Positions 1-8,896 of a stretch of DNA of 17,337 nt are shown here, in pieces. The notes under the pieces are model-generated. The model did no database searches. It saw only the letters and a program-made list of their open reading frames with translations, and was not told where the DNA came from. Source of the stretch: a virus (taxonomy: Duplodnaviria > Heunggongvirae > Uroviricota > Caudoviricetes); the IMG/VR virus record IMGVR_UViG_2778261161_000005; one strand, given 5' to 3'. Positions within the stretch are counted from its first letter, which is position 1, and each line of letters starts with the position of its first letter. The translations under genes and the position numbers were made by a program.

Positions 1-447
1 CATCTCTGTTGCCGGGATGCCTTCCAGTACAGGCCAGAAAGAGCCATCATCAAGCCCGAGATCGCGGCGTTCGGTTGCCAGCATGATAAGATCGGCATAT
101 TTCACGGGCGTACTCATAACTGGGGGTAACCCGTATTTCTCACGGATTACGGCGTCAATTTTTTCTTCCATCCGTTTATAGTCAGGAAGAAGGCGTTTCA
201 GTGGAGCGGGAATATCCTGGCAATACGCTTCTGTTGCATCATGCATTAACGCTTCAAAAGCAAATTCCTGCGGCACCAGCTGGCTGCAAAGCACCGCATG
301 TTGGGCGACACTGTAGAAGTGAGAAAGATGACCGGCAAAGCGGCAGATATTTGAAAGGGAAACCGCGATATCGTTAATCACGATGTCGTCTTTATTTATC
401 TTGTCATAATAAAAATGCTTCCCGGAAAAAGTTTTAATAAATGACAT
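1..447 (-). CDS. yfdR: HD-domain phosphohydrolase, YfdR-like (putative 5'-deoxynucleotidase); partial, 3' end runs off the window
   Basis: Minus-strand ATG at 445-447 preceded by GGAGAA SD; hand translation MSFIKTFSGKHFYYDKINKDD... stays open to position 1 and contains H..HD-type motifs (AQHAV, MHDATE). Sits directly downstream of the DUF2303 gene as in the K-12 CPS-53 yfdQ-yfdR order (from memory). Not in the ORF track because no stop lies in the window. Confidence 0.55.
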   Translation of the reverse strand, partial: MSFIKTFSGKHFYYDKINKDDIVINDIAVSLSNICRFAGHLSHFYSVAQHAVLCSQLVPQEFAFEALMHDATEAYCQDIPAPLKRLLPDYKRMEEKIDAVIREKYGLPPVMSTPVKYADLIMLATERRDLGLDDGSFWPVLEGIPATEM

Positions 448-574
448 TTTGTTCTCCACGTATATGCGCTGCACCGCGCTGAGTTTGGGTAAAAGGAAGC
501 CCTCACCATCCGGTGATTATTGAGTTAATTACGTTTCCATAAATGCCCCCGCAGGGGCATTTGCAGTAATGAAA

Positions 575-1399
575 TCAGGCGGTGAAAGTACCAATAAAGG
601 TTTCTACTTTGCTGTCTTTGAATTTCTCAACAAGCAGATCACGAAATTCGTTAGCCATATCTTCCTGCACCGCTTCCAGCTGAATAATGCGCAGAACCAG
701 TACAGGACGATCGCCAGTGATAATGCTGAGGCGTAATTTAAACGGACGTTCTTTCAGACCTTCAAACGGAACGCATTTAATTTCAAATGCCACTGGCATA
801 ATGTCTTTGGTCTTCGCTTCGACAGATTCCATCAGGGAGCGTTTGCCGCTGAAGTCATTATCTTCAAAATCAGCGGTCTGGTTTGCTTCAATCGTGATTT
901 TACGGACTGCCGCAGCTGCTTTTGTTGCCTGAATAGCGTCACCATTAGCATCAAAGCCCACAAGGTAGTCGGCCCAGTCTTCAATCCATTCTGCCAGTGA
1001 CTTCTGGGAGTTACGCTCGCCGTTAACAGACAACAGGGCAGAGAACGGTGCTGTCTTTTTCAGTTTGAGAGTGGCGGTGTTATCTGCGTGACCTGGTTCA
1101 TCAATAGTACCCAGGTTAAGTACACTGACGGCACGCATATTATCAGCATCGATAAAGCAGCGGGTGCCTTCATCTGCAAGATCTTTAGAATAACGGGTAA
1201 AGTCATCGATGCTGGCAGTGGAAAGCGCACCACGGAAACGGAAGCGATTTAAATTAAATTTTTCCAGATCATGAATGCGGAAATTCTCAGGCAATACCAC
1301 AGCATCGGCACCAATCTTACTGATAATTTCATTAACACCCTGAGCAGAAATAAGGGCATGGATTTGATTAATTGCGGTTGCGTCTAAGTTCTGAGACAT
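575..1399 (-). CDS. yfdQ: DUF2303-like prophage protein (YfdQ-like), 274 aa
   Basis: Long ORF from the six-frame track; the 274-aa length and position between a 120-aa ORF and an HD-domain gene match the CPS-53 yfdP-yfdQ-yfdR arrangement as I recall it. Confidence 0.6.
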   Translation of the reverse strand: MSQNLDATAINQIHALISAQGVNEIISKIGADAVVLPENFRIHDLEKFNLNRFRFRGALSTASIDDFTRYSKDLADEGTRCFIDADNMRAVSVLNLGTIDEPGHADNTATLKLKKTAPFSALLSVNGERNSQKSLAEWIEDWADYLVGFDANGDAIQATKAAAAVRKITIEANQTADFEDNDFSGKRSLMESVEAKTKDIMPVAFEIKCVPFEGLKERPFKLRLSIITGDRPVLVLRIIQLEAVQEDMANEFRDLLVEKFKDSKVETFIGTFTA

Positions 1400-1464
1400 A
1401 ATAAGTCCTCACTATATAAAGATATTCAGTGATGAGATAAATAATCAGTTAATTAAGAACGATA

Positions 1465-1827
1465 TTAATGACCTGCTGCGCGTAGTTTTCCGTCAGGTTC
1501 ACCGGCAAGAGTCAGTAATTGTCCCTGGTCTTCCTGCAGAATAGTCAGGCGACCACCGCGATTGACATACATCGGCGTTTCGGTGGTGTCTTCTTCGGAA
1601 ATTTTCCCGCGGTTAGTCGGGCGAACATATGAGAGTTTGTGTTTGATTTTCACACGGTTCTCATCAAATGGTTCGATTTCCAGGTTGAGTGAGACCTTAC
1701 CTTTGGTTTTCGTGTTCATCACACCGGAAGCGACTTCACTGAGAACTGCGCCGATTTTGGTTTCAAATACGCCGCCGTCCAGCTCCCCGATAAATGCCTG
1801 CACATCAGTACTGCGTTCGCTAGCCAT
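1465..1827 (-). CDS. small prophage protein, YfdP-like (120 aa); the track ORF 1465..2058 is trimmed to the ATG at 1825-1827
   Basis: The internal ATG (MASERSTDVQAF...) is preceded by GGAGCAGCAAA (SD GGAG). The upstream part of the track ORF is Cys/Arg-rich and lies inside the GC-rich noncoding stretch, so the longer start is unlikely. Confidence 0.55.
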   Translation of the reverse strand: MASERSTDVQAFIGELDGGVFETKIGAVLSEVASGVMNTKTKGKVSLNLEIEPFDENRVKIKHKLSYVRPTNRGKISEEDTTETPMYVNRGGRLTILQEDQGQLLTLAGEPDGKLRAAGH

Positions 1828-2423
1828 TTTGCTGCTCCTCATCATATCGACCCTGCAAGGTCGGTTGGTTTCTCCACAAAACAGAGAAGAACACCTGCGG
1901 TGGCAGCCGCCCGGATGGATTGGGTTATGAGCCCGTCGTCCGGTGATGCTCTTCTCTGTTTTGTAAAAAGAGCGGTACCAGCCGGAAGCAAGTGTACAAA
2001 CTGGTACCGCCAAAGCAGTGGCTGTTGTGGTGGGGTTGTCACTCAGGCGTATGGTCAACCTGACAATCCGGTGTCCTCAACGGGGAAAGAGTAACCCAGC
2101 CATACTTACCGCCGCGCCATTTCGCGGATGACCACAACGCTGAGAGCACTTAGCCAGTTACGGCACCACACTTTGTCGCGGCTCCATAAATGCCCTCATC
2201 GTTGCACCCTGGTCTCTTCCCAGGCGTCAAACCGGATCGCCACGCTGGTTAGGCGTCTTATCAGCATCATCATTGACTTGCACATTCCGGCTACCTGGTT
2301 TGTTTGCCCTAGCAAGGAGTGGATTGTCCCCTTTAACGTCCCCAGACCGCTAACGACGCATGTGCCATACGCCGTGTTACAACCAAATTTTGTTTGAATC
2401 TTGCCTGCCTCATGTTTCTTTTG

Positions 2424-2456
2424 GATACATTATGTATCTCATAGGTACATTGTCAA
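2424..2456 (-). promoter_or_regulatory. leftward sigma70-like promoter (pL-like) with overlapping operator palindrome
   Basis: On the minus strand: TTGACA (plus 2451-2456), 16-nt spacer, CATAAT (plus 2429-2434). The perfect palindrome GATACAT-T-ATGTATC (2424-2438) overlaps the -10. Confidence 0.45.
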
Positions 2457-2458
2457 GT

Positions 2459-2483
2459 ATAAAAAAACCTGCCGAAGCAGGTT
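2459..2483 (-). terminator. rho-independent terminator of the repressor gene
   Basis: Minus-strand hairpin AACCTGC-TTCG-GCAGGTT followed by a U-run (plus-strand A-run 2459-2467), 13 nt after the repressor stop codon. Confidence 0.6.
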
Positions 2484-2495
2484 CATAAATATTGA

Positions 2496-3170
2496 TTAGG
2501 CCTTTATTGTGTATCTTCTTGGTTTTCCCGAGAAAATCACTGTACCAATTATAGAGCAATTACCGTTAATCTTAATGTAAGGCTCAGGCCAGTTTGGGTT
2601 TAATGCTTTGAGATAACGCTGTGTTCCATCTTCTATCAATCGCTTGAAGGTGGTTTCGCCTGTATCGTGCATCAATGCAATAACGTCGTCACCGTGGCAG
2701 GCAGGGACTTCGGGATCAACAAAAATCATGTCTCCAGGGCGGTACTCATCAATCATTGAATCACCAATCACCCGCAAGATATAAGTCATTTCGCCACAGG
2801 GTACAGGGCAGGGATACGTTTCTGCTGTGCTCAAATCAACCTCAGAATAGCCAACTTCTTTCCATGCTCCGGCCTGTACCCATGATATGACAGGGACTAA
2901 CGTTATTTGTTTGTTAGTGATTGAAACATCAGGTTTTTTTGTGATGTTCGTTGTCTGGTGTTCTTGATCAAGCCATCCGACAGGCAGGTCGAAACATTTT
3001 TCGATGTGCCGTGCCATGCTGTCACCGATATTTTTAGTAGCGCCATCCCCCATAAACCTGCTGGTTTGGGTTGGCTCGCGATCAATCATGGTGGCAAAGG
3101 ATGAATTTCCGCCAACACCATCTCTCAGTTTTCTGGCGTTAGACCGCCGGATGTCATGGATTGTTTTCAT
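2496..3170 (-). CDS. prophage repressor, cI/LexA-like with C-terminal S24 peptidase domain (224 aa)
   Basis: C-terminal half carries the Ser (GDSM) and Lys (TFKRL) motifs of S24 self-cleaving repressors and a candidate Ala-Gly cleavage site (VQAGAW). Divergently arranged with a Cro-like gene. Confidence 0.8.
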   Translation of the reverse strand: MKTIHDIRRSNARKLRDGVGGNSSFATMIDREPTQTSRFMGDGATKNIGDSMARHIEKCFDLPVGWLDQEHQTTNITKKPDVSITNKQITLVPVISWVQAGAWKEVGYSEVDLSTAETYPCPVPCGEMTYILRVIGDSMIDEYRPGDMIFVDPEVPACHGDDVIALMHDTGETTFKRLIEDGTQRYLKALNPNWPEPYIKINGNCSIIGTVIFSGKPRRYTIKA

Positions 3171-3185
3171 AACGAAATTAAAACC

Positions 3186-3209
3186 TTTGTACCGATAAGG
3201 TACAAGTAC
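3186..3209. promoter_or_regulatory. operator-like overlapping palindromes in the repressor/cro divergent intergenic region
   Basis: TTGTACC-GATAA-GGTACAA (3186-3204) overlapping GGTAC-AA-GTACC (3198-3209); three GTAC cores spaced about 10 bp apart between the divergent repressor and cro starts. Confidence 0.45.
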
Positions 3210-3260
3210 CTTGAAGGTTCATTTCAATCATGTAATGTGTATACTGGAGGTACATATTGT

Positions 3261-3461
3261 ATGAAAGCGTATTGGGACTCTTTAACCAAAGAACAGCAGG
3301 GCGAGTTGGCCGGAAAAGTTGGCTCAACACCTGGCTACTTACGGCTGGTTTTCAATGGTTATAAAAAAGCCAGTTTTGTGCTGGCGAAAAAACTTGAGCA
3401 ATGCACGTCAGGTGCAATTACGAAATCTGACTTAAGACCGGATATCTACCGTGACATTTGA
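3261..3461 (+). CDS. Cro-like/YdaS-family small HTH regulator (66 aa)
   Basis: ATG at 3261 with GGAGG SD at 3246-3250; small protein with an HTH-like core (GELAGKVGSTPGYLRLV) and a C-terminal LRPDIY motif; divergent from the S24 repressor. The track ORF 3156..3461 is trimmed. Confidence 0.7.
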   Translation: MKAYWDSLTKEQQGELAGKVGSTPGYLRLVFNGYKKASFVLAKKLEQCTSGAITKSDLRPDIYRDI

Positions 3462-3550
3462 AGAGAAGTATGGCTCCCAACTGGAGCTGATATTTCGTTT
3501 TATCGATCGTGCGCTGGCAATTGGCGTACTGGCGTAAGTGGAGAACGAGC

Positions 3551-4303
3551 ATGAACCTTGAAGCCTTACCAAAATATTACTCCCCAAAATCTCCAAAATT
3601 GAGTGATGCCGCACCGGCGACAGGCTCAGGTGGTTTAACGATTACGGATGTGATGGCTGCGCAGGGGATGGTGCAGTCGAAAGCACCGCTTGGGTTTGCC
3701 TTATTCCTGGCAAAAGCTGGCGTTCAGGATCCTCAGTTTGCGATTGAAGGTCTGCTCAATTACGCGATGGCACTGGATAACCCGACATTGAACAAATTGA
3801 GTGAAGAAATCCGGTTACAGATCATCCCTTACCTTGTGAGTTTTGCCTTTGCTGATTATTCCAGGTCTGCGGCAAGTAAGGCTCGCTGTGAGCCTTGTGC
3901 TGGTACTGGATTTCATAATGTATTGCGCGAAGTGGTGAAATACTCCAGAAGCGGGGAGTCTGTTATCAAGGAAGAGTGGGTGAAGGAACTATGTCAGCAT
4001 TGTCATGGTAAGGGAGAAGTCAGCACAGCGTGCAGAGGGTGTAAGGGTAAAGGTATTGTCCTGGATGAAAAAAGGACCCGGCTTCATGGCGCGCCTGTTT
4101 ATAAGATTTGTGGGCGTTGCAATGGAAACCGGTTTAGTCGTTTACCAACGACACTGGCGCGGTGTCATGTCCAGAAGCTGGTACCAGACCTGACTGATTA
4201 TCAGTGGTACAAAGGATATGCAGATGTCATTGATAAACTGGTTACAAAGTGCTGGCAGGAAGAAGCATATGCTGAGGTGCAATTAAGAAAAGTGACGAGA
4301 TAA
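3551..4303 (+). CDS. quuQ: late-gene antitermination protein Q (QuuQ/QuuD-like, 250 aa)
   Basis: ATG at 3551 with GGAG SD; several Cys-x2-Cys pairs (CEPCAGTG, CQHCHGKG, CRGCKGKG, CGRCNGN) typical of phage-82-type Q proteins; immediately followed by a promoter plus terminator pair. The track ORF 3509..4303 is trimmed. Confidence 0.75.
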   Translation: MNLEALPKYYSPKSPKLSDAAPATGSGGLTITDVMAAQGMVQSKAPLGFALFLAKAGVQDPQFAIEGLLNYAMALDNPTLNKLSEEIRLQIIPYLVSFAFADYSRSAASKARCEPCAGTGFHNVLREVVKYSRSGESVIKEEWVKELCQHCHGKGEVSTACRGCKGKGIVLDEKRTRLHGAPVYKICGRCNGNRFSRLPTTLARCHVQKLVPDLTDYQWYKGYADVIDKLVTKCWQEEAYAEVQLRKVTR

Positions 4304-4334
4304 ATGATTTTCGCCGAAGATGGCGACGTAATGC

Positions 4335-4363
4335 TTGCATTTTTCAAAAAATATGGATAAAAT
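4335..4363 (+). promoter_or_regulatory. pR'-like late promoter
   Basis: TTGCAT (4335-4340), 17-nt spacer, TAAAAT (4358-4363), 32 bp downstream of the Q stop. Confidence 0.6.
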
Positions 4364-4408
4364 TTTTTCAACGATGGGCTTTATATACCCGACGTTAAGA
4401 AAAAGTAG

Positions 4409-4434
4409 AAAACCCGCTGATGAGCGGGTTTTTG
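4409..4434 (+). terminator. tR'-like rho-independent terminator
   Basis: Hairpin AACCCGC-TGATGA-GCGGGTT followed by TTTTT, about 45 nt downstream of the predicted pR' start site. Confidence 0.65.
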
Positions 4435-4718
4435 TGCTTTAAATAGGGTAATAGAGATGTTGAATCTCATTCCGGGATTCATGTTTGTTTACTTATTATT
4501 TATCGGGTGACTTTGCCTGATGTTTAAAATGTTTTCTTCCAGTACTATGTCCCTAGATACAATGAGTCTGCATATTACATTATTAGCAGAGCTATTACGG
4601 TCAAAGTACAGCATAAGCTTTTAAAGCCAATCAACCAGTCATCAAGACAGACGGGGTTATTCATGAAAACTCTCCATGTTTGATTCGATGGGGCCTGAAA
4701 TTAAAGCTTTAATATAGC

Positions 4719-4931
4719 TCATGAAAGGTAAACATTGGCAGCTGAAGGGCCACGCAGACCATTTATCCGGCAAAATTCCACGCGTAATCCGGTGGTAATT
4801 TCTTCTGCATCGCGGAGATTGAGCGCTGAAACATGAAGCTGGACATCGATACGACCATCGGATGGGGTGATAAGACCCTTGCCGCTTTTGCCGTCAAAGG
4901 TTTTGACAATTCCTGTCATTTTACGGGACAA
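4719..4931 (-). CDS. cspF: cold-shock-like protein CspF (70 aa)
   Basis: Translation [27 protein letters not shown]...[10 protein letters not shown] matches the CspF/CspH subfamily as recalled; divergent from cspB as in Qin. Confidence 0.85.
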
Positions 4932-5231
4932 AAAAATTCCTTAATACTGATAACTGGGCGCACTATACACACGTTCCTGAAGAAAGCTATAGTTTTTTGA
5001 TGGGGTTGAAGATGGCTGGATGTCTAAAATAAACATTGCTTCATATGTTCAACTATGCGTTAATGATTGCGTCGGTTTGAAGAACAGACGATATACGAAG
5101 TAGTTTACTAAAGCAGTTCTCATTTCAGGTGTTATTCACTTATTCCTTCTTTGAGTCTCTCCAATTAAGTACGAAGTCGTTTCTGTTATACAAGCCATTT
5201 ATGCCGAAAGGCTCAAGTTAAGGAATGTAGA

Positions 5232-5447
5232 ATGTCAAATAAAATGACTGGTTTAGTAAAATGGTTTAACGCTGATAAAGGTTTTGGCTTTATTTCTCCT
5301 GTTGATGGTAGTAAAGATGTGTTTGTGCATTTTTCTGCGATTCAGAATGATAATTTTCGAACCTTATTTGAAGGTCAAAAGGTTACCTTCTCTGTAGAGA
5401 GTGGTGCTAAAGGTCCTGCAGCAGCAAATGTCATAATTACTGATTAA
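5232..5447 (+). CDS. cspB: cold-shock protein CspB (71 aa)
   Basis: Translation [38 protein letters not shown]... carries the RNP1 (KGFGFI) and RNP2 (VFVHF) motifs; about 270 nt of upstream leader-length DNA as in cspA-family genes. Confidence 0.9.
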   Translation: MSNKMTGLVKWFNADKGFGFISPVDGSKDVFVHFSAIQNDNFRTLFEGQKVTFSVESGAKGPAAANVIITD

Positions 5448-5728
5448 AATTCATAGTTTGTCTGTATACGATAACGAAGAAGGCTGATGCCTGAGTGGAG
5501 ATACAGACAGAGTGGTGAATATTGGATCTCTTTAATAAATAGTAAGGAGGTCCAATACATGAAACAATGGCCAGCATATTTGGCAATAACTTAATCAGGA
5601 AAAGTATGCTAACCATTGTGGTGAAGTGCAGGTTTGCTGCATGAATAGTTTTACAGCAGAAGCTAACTGCTGGCATAGCAAAACAAAGTGCGTAAGTGGA
5701 TGACTCCCACAAAAAGTACCACAATATT

Positions 5729-5752
5729 AAACCCGCTCAGGCGGGTTTTTTA
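5729..5752. terminator. rho-independent terminator, possibly bidirectional
   Basis: Hairpin AACCCGC-TCAG-GCGGG followed by TTTTTT on the plus strand and a shorter U-run on the minus strand; lies between the cspB region and the convergent minus-strand zinc-ribbon ORF. Confidence 0.55.
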
Positions 5753-5810
5753 TTATCTGCTTTAAATATGTTATTAAAATATAAAAAATACTTGTTACGA
5801 ATAAAATCAA

Positions 5811-6032
5811 TCAAGCTACAGCTTTAAGATTTGTCTGGAATACTTTGTTGCAATGAGGGCAGATCAAAAGGGCACCTTTTTGTACTCTTGAAAAACTGTG
5901 TTCTGACTCTTGGGTGCAGTTTGGGCAGGAACATTTAACGAGATAATTACGGCGTGATTTTGAGTCTTTACGTTCTGACATAGGCTTTTCCTGTATAAAT
6001 GGCCGTATACAGTACACTAAATATGAAAACAT
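5811..6032 (-). CDS. small basic zinc-ribbon protein (CxxC...CxxC), function unknown; the start may be the internal ATG at 5979-5981 (56 aa)
   Basis: Track ORF; two CxxC pairs (CPNC, CPHC) and a basic N-terminus (SERKDSKSRR). The internal ATG has a better SD (AGGAAA) than the first ATG. Confidence 0.45.
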   Translation of the reverse strand: MFSYLVYCIRPFIQEKPMSERKDSKSRRNYLVKCSCPNCTQESEHSFSRVQKGALLICPHCNKVFQTNLKAVA

Positions 6033-6199
6033 ATCTCGTATTATTATTTAATATATGATTTTCTTTTAAAATAATTACCCACATTTTTAATGTGTCTGTT
6101 TTTTAGCGCCGTTGAGAACAACGTTTGCTATAAAAACTAACCCATAGACTCCGATCTTTTCAAACATATTGCACCATCTGTGTACATCGGGGTGAGGAT

Positions 6200-6415
6200 A
6201 TGAAATCAATGGATAAGTTAACAACAGGTATCGCCTATGGCACATCGGCTGGTAATGCTGGTTTCTGGGCATTGCAGTTACTCGATAAAGTAACTCCGTC
6301 ACAGTGGGCTGCAATCGGTGTGCTGGGTAGTCTGGTTTTTGGCCTGCTGACGTATCTGACAAACCTTTATTTCAAGATTAAAGAAGACAGGCGTAAGGTT
6401 GCGAGAAGAGAGTAA
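6200..6415 (+). CDS. essQ: class II (phage-21 S-like) holin/pinholin with dual-start motif
   Basis: Translation [28 protein letters not shown]... is 71 aa with two hydrophobic segments and a charged C-terminus; the MKSM N-terminus gives two possible starts (Met1/Met4); lies directly upstream of the lysis genes. Confidence 0.85.
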   Translation: MKSMDKLTTGIAYGTSAGNAGFWALQLLDKVTPSQWAAIGVLGSLVFGLLTYLTNLYFKIKEDRRKVARRE

Positions 6416-6419
6416 TCCA

Positions 6420-6971
6420 ATGACACAAGACTATGAACTGGTTGTGAAAGGAGTCCGCAATTTTGAGAATAAAGTGGCGGTAACTGTAGCCTTACGGGAC
6501 AAAAAACGCTTTGACGGTGAAATTTTTGACCTGGACATCTCGCTGGACCGTGTTGAAGGTGCCGCGCTGGAGTTTTATGAGGCAGCAGCCAGAATGAGAA
6601 TCAGACAGGTATTCCTGGATGTTGCTGCCGGGTTATGTGTAGGGGATGAGCAGTCGCCGGAAAAGCGCCCCATAATTTTAGAGGCGCAGAATGTGTGGAT
6701 AACCTACAAAGGAAAGCTACCGGGAAGAATTACTGGTTCTCTGAAGACGCCACCGACGGCATTGCGGTCAGAAAAAGATGATATTGAATCGCCCATTGAA
6801 AAACTGGAGGGCAGCGTCGCTGATCTGAATAAAAAATTGTCGGTGCTGATCCCTTCTGAAGATGAAAAAAAACGCCGCGATGAGCAGTTTGCGGCGTTTT
6901 ACGATTATTGCATTGAAGTTACTCGCAGGAATTTTGTGAAGATTTTTGAGGAGGGTAAATCTCTTCAGTAA
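6420..6971 (+). CDS. YdfR-like (DUF1327) lysis-cassette protein with a long C-terminal extension
   Basis: ATG at 6420 (MTQDYELVVKGVRNFENK...) with its SD inside the holin 3' end; the N-terminal roughly 100 aa resemble YdfR as recalled. The track start at 6399 is a TTG inside the holin gene. Confidence 0.6.
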   Translation: MTQDYELVVKGVRNFENKVAVTVALRDKKRFDGEIFDLDISLDRVEGAALEFYEAAARMRIRQVFLDVAAGLCVGDEQSPEKRPIILEAQNVWITYKGKLPGRITGSLKTPPTALRSEKDDIESPIEKLEGSVADLNKKLSVLIPSEDEKKRRDEQFAAFYDYCIEVTRRNFVKIFEEGKSLQ

Positions 6972-7179
6972 GCTTAATGGCGGACGCTGCAATTAATTCA
7001 GGAAGGTCCGCAAGGTCATCTGTCAGTGGATATGATGAAAAATCGGCGGCAGTTCTGTTAAGAAGCGCTTTAACTAATTCCTTTTCCTTCTCCGGCAACA
7101 AGTTGATTAGAGCTACGACTGCTTGCCTGAGTGCGATTAAATCAGCAAAAGTTTGTTTTGGTAGATTTGTGTAATCCAT
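6919..7179 (-). CDS. hypothetical small helical protein, antisense within the lysis cassette (about 86 aa)
   Basis: Minus-strand ORF with ATG at 7177-7179 preceded by AGAGGTG SD; the track start at 7185 is a GTG. It occupies the 320-bp gap between the YdfR-like gene and the lysozyme gene and overlaps the YdfR-like 3' end by about 50 nt. No recognisable family. Confidence 0.35.
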   Translation of the reverse strand: MDYTNLPKQTFADLIALRQAVVALINLLPEKEKELVKALLNRTAADFSSYPLTDDLADLPELIAASAIKLTEEIYPPQKSSQNSCE

Positions 7180-7292
7180 AGTCACCTCTGTGTTTATCAG
7201 ATTGACATCCTCCTCCCGCCAGTGCCCATCACTGGTGAGGTAAGATTTAACATATCCGGGGATTTGAAGCCGATAAATCCTGATAAATATCC

Positions 7293-8320
<1,028 letters not shown>

Positions 8321-8683
8321 ATTAATATTAAATCGGATTATTTTTAGCGCTGAATGTGAAATTTAAATAAAAAGGACTCTTCCATGAGTCAAAATCCTTG
8401 AAATCTTAAGGGTAAGATAAAAGGTCATTAGACAGAATGACACGTTTTATTAATAAATAAAGCTATTGTTTCATTCGTGTGTTTTTCTTTACAAAAGTAA
8501 TCCTTGCTATGGTTGGTTAATCATGCGTTAATGGTGTTCTGGTTTGTTACAAAATTATCTGAAGCAGTCATTGTTATAATTTTATTATTTGTACCTCTTG
8601 AGATCTCCTTGTTGGTTTTTCTCTCTGATATTTTTTTTCGGACCATTCTGCCCAAGGGCTAACTTCTTCAAAAGGTAATAATG

Positions 8684-8896
8684 ATGTCTAACAAAATGAC
8701 TGGTTTAGTGAAATGGTTTAACCCTGAAAAAGGTTTTGGTTTCATCACGCCGAAAGATGGTAGCAAAGATGTGTTTGTCCATTTCTCAGTTATTCAGAGC
8801 AACGATTTCAAAACGTTAACTGAGAATCAGGAAGTCGAATTTGGTATTGAGAACGGACCTAAAGGCCCCGCGGCTGTTCATGTAGTGGCACTTTGA
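8684..8896 (+). CDS. cspI: cold-shock protein CspI (70 aa)
   Basis: Translation [45 protein letters not shown]... matches CspI as recalled; about 360 nt of upstream leader-length DNA. The track starts one codon earlier (8681). Confidence 0.9.
   Translation: MSNKMTGLVKWFNPEKGFGFITPKDGSKDVFVHFSVIQSNDFKTLTENQEVEFGIENGPKGPAAVHVVAL

Noticed and set aside
687-1930. Track ORFs 687..932(+) and 1562..1930(+) antisense to the yfdQ-like and yfdP-like genes
   Set aside because: Fully embedded antisense to much longer, better-supported genes; Ser/Arg-rich translations typical of shadow frames.
1842-2397. Track ORFs 1842..2042(-), 1900..2094(+), 2128..2397(+) in the region between the yfdP-like gene and the repressor
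   Set aside because: No SDs, Arg/Cys/Pro-rich low-complexity translations, mutually overlapping; the region looks like structured noncoding DNA.
4457-4510. 17-codon hydrophobic mini-ORF (MLNLIPGFMFVYLLFIG) downstream of tR'
   Set aside because: Weak SD and very short; cannot be separated from chance in AT-rich DNA without expression data.
5437-6362. Track ORFs 5437..5724(-) and 6087..6362(-)
   Set aside because: The first spans an intergenic terminator region with a Cys/Phe-rich translation; the second is antisense to the holin gene and overlaps it almost completely.
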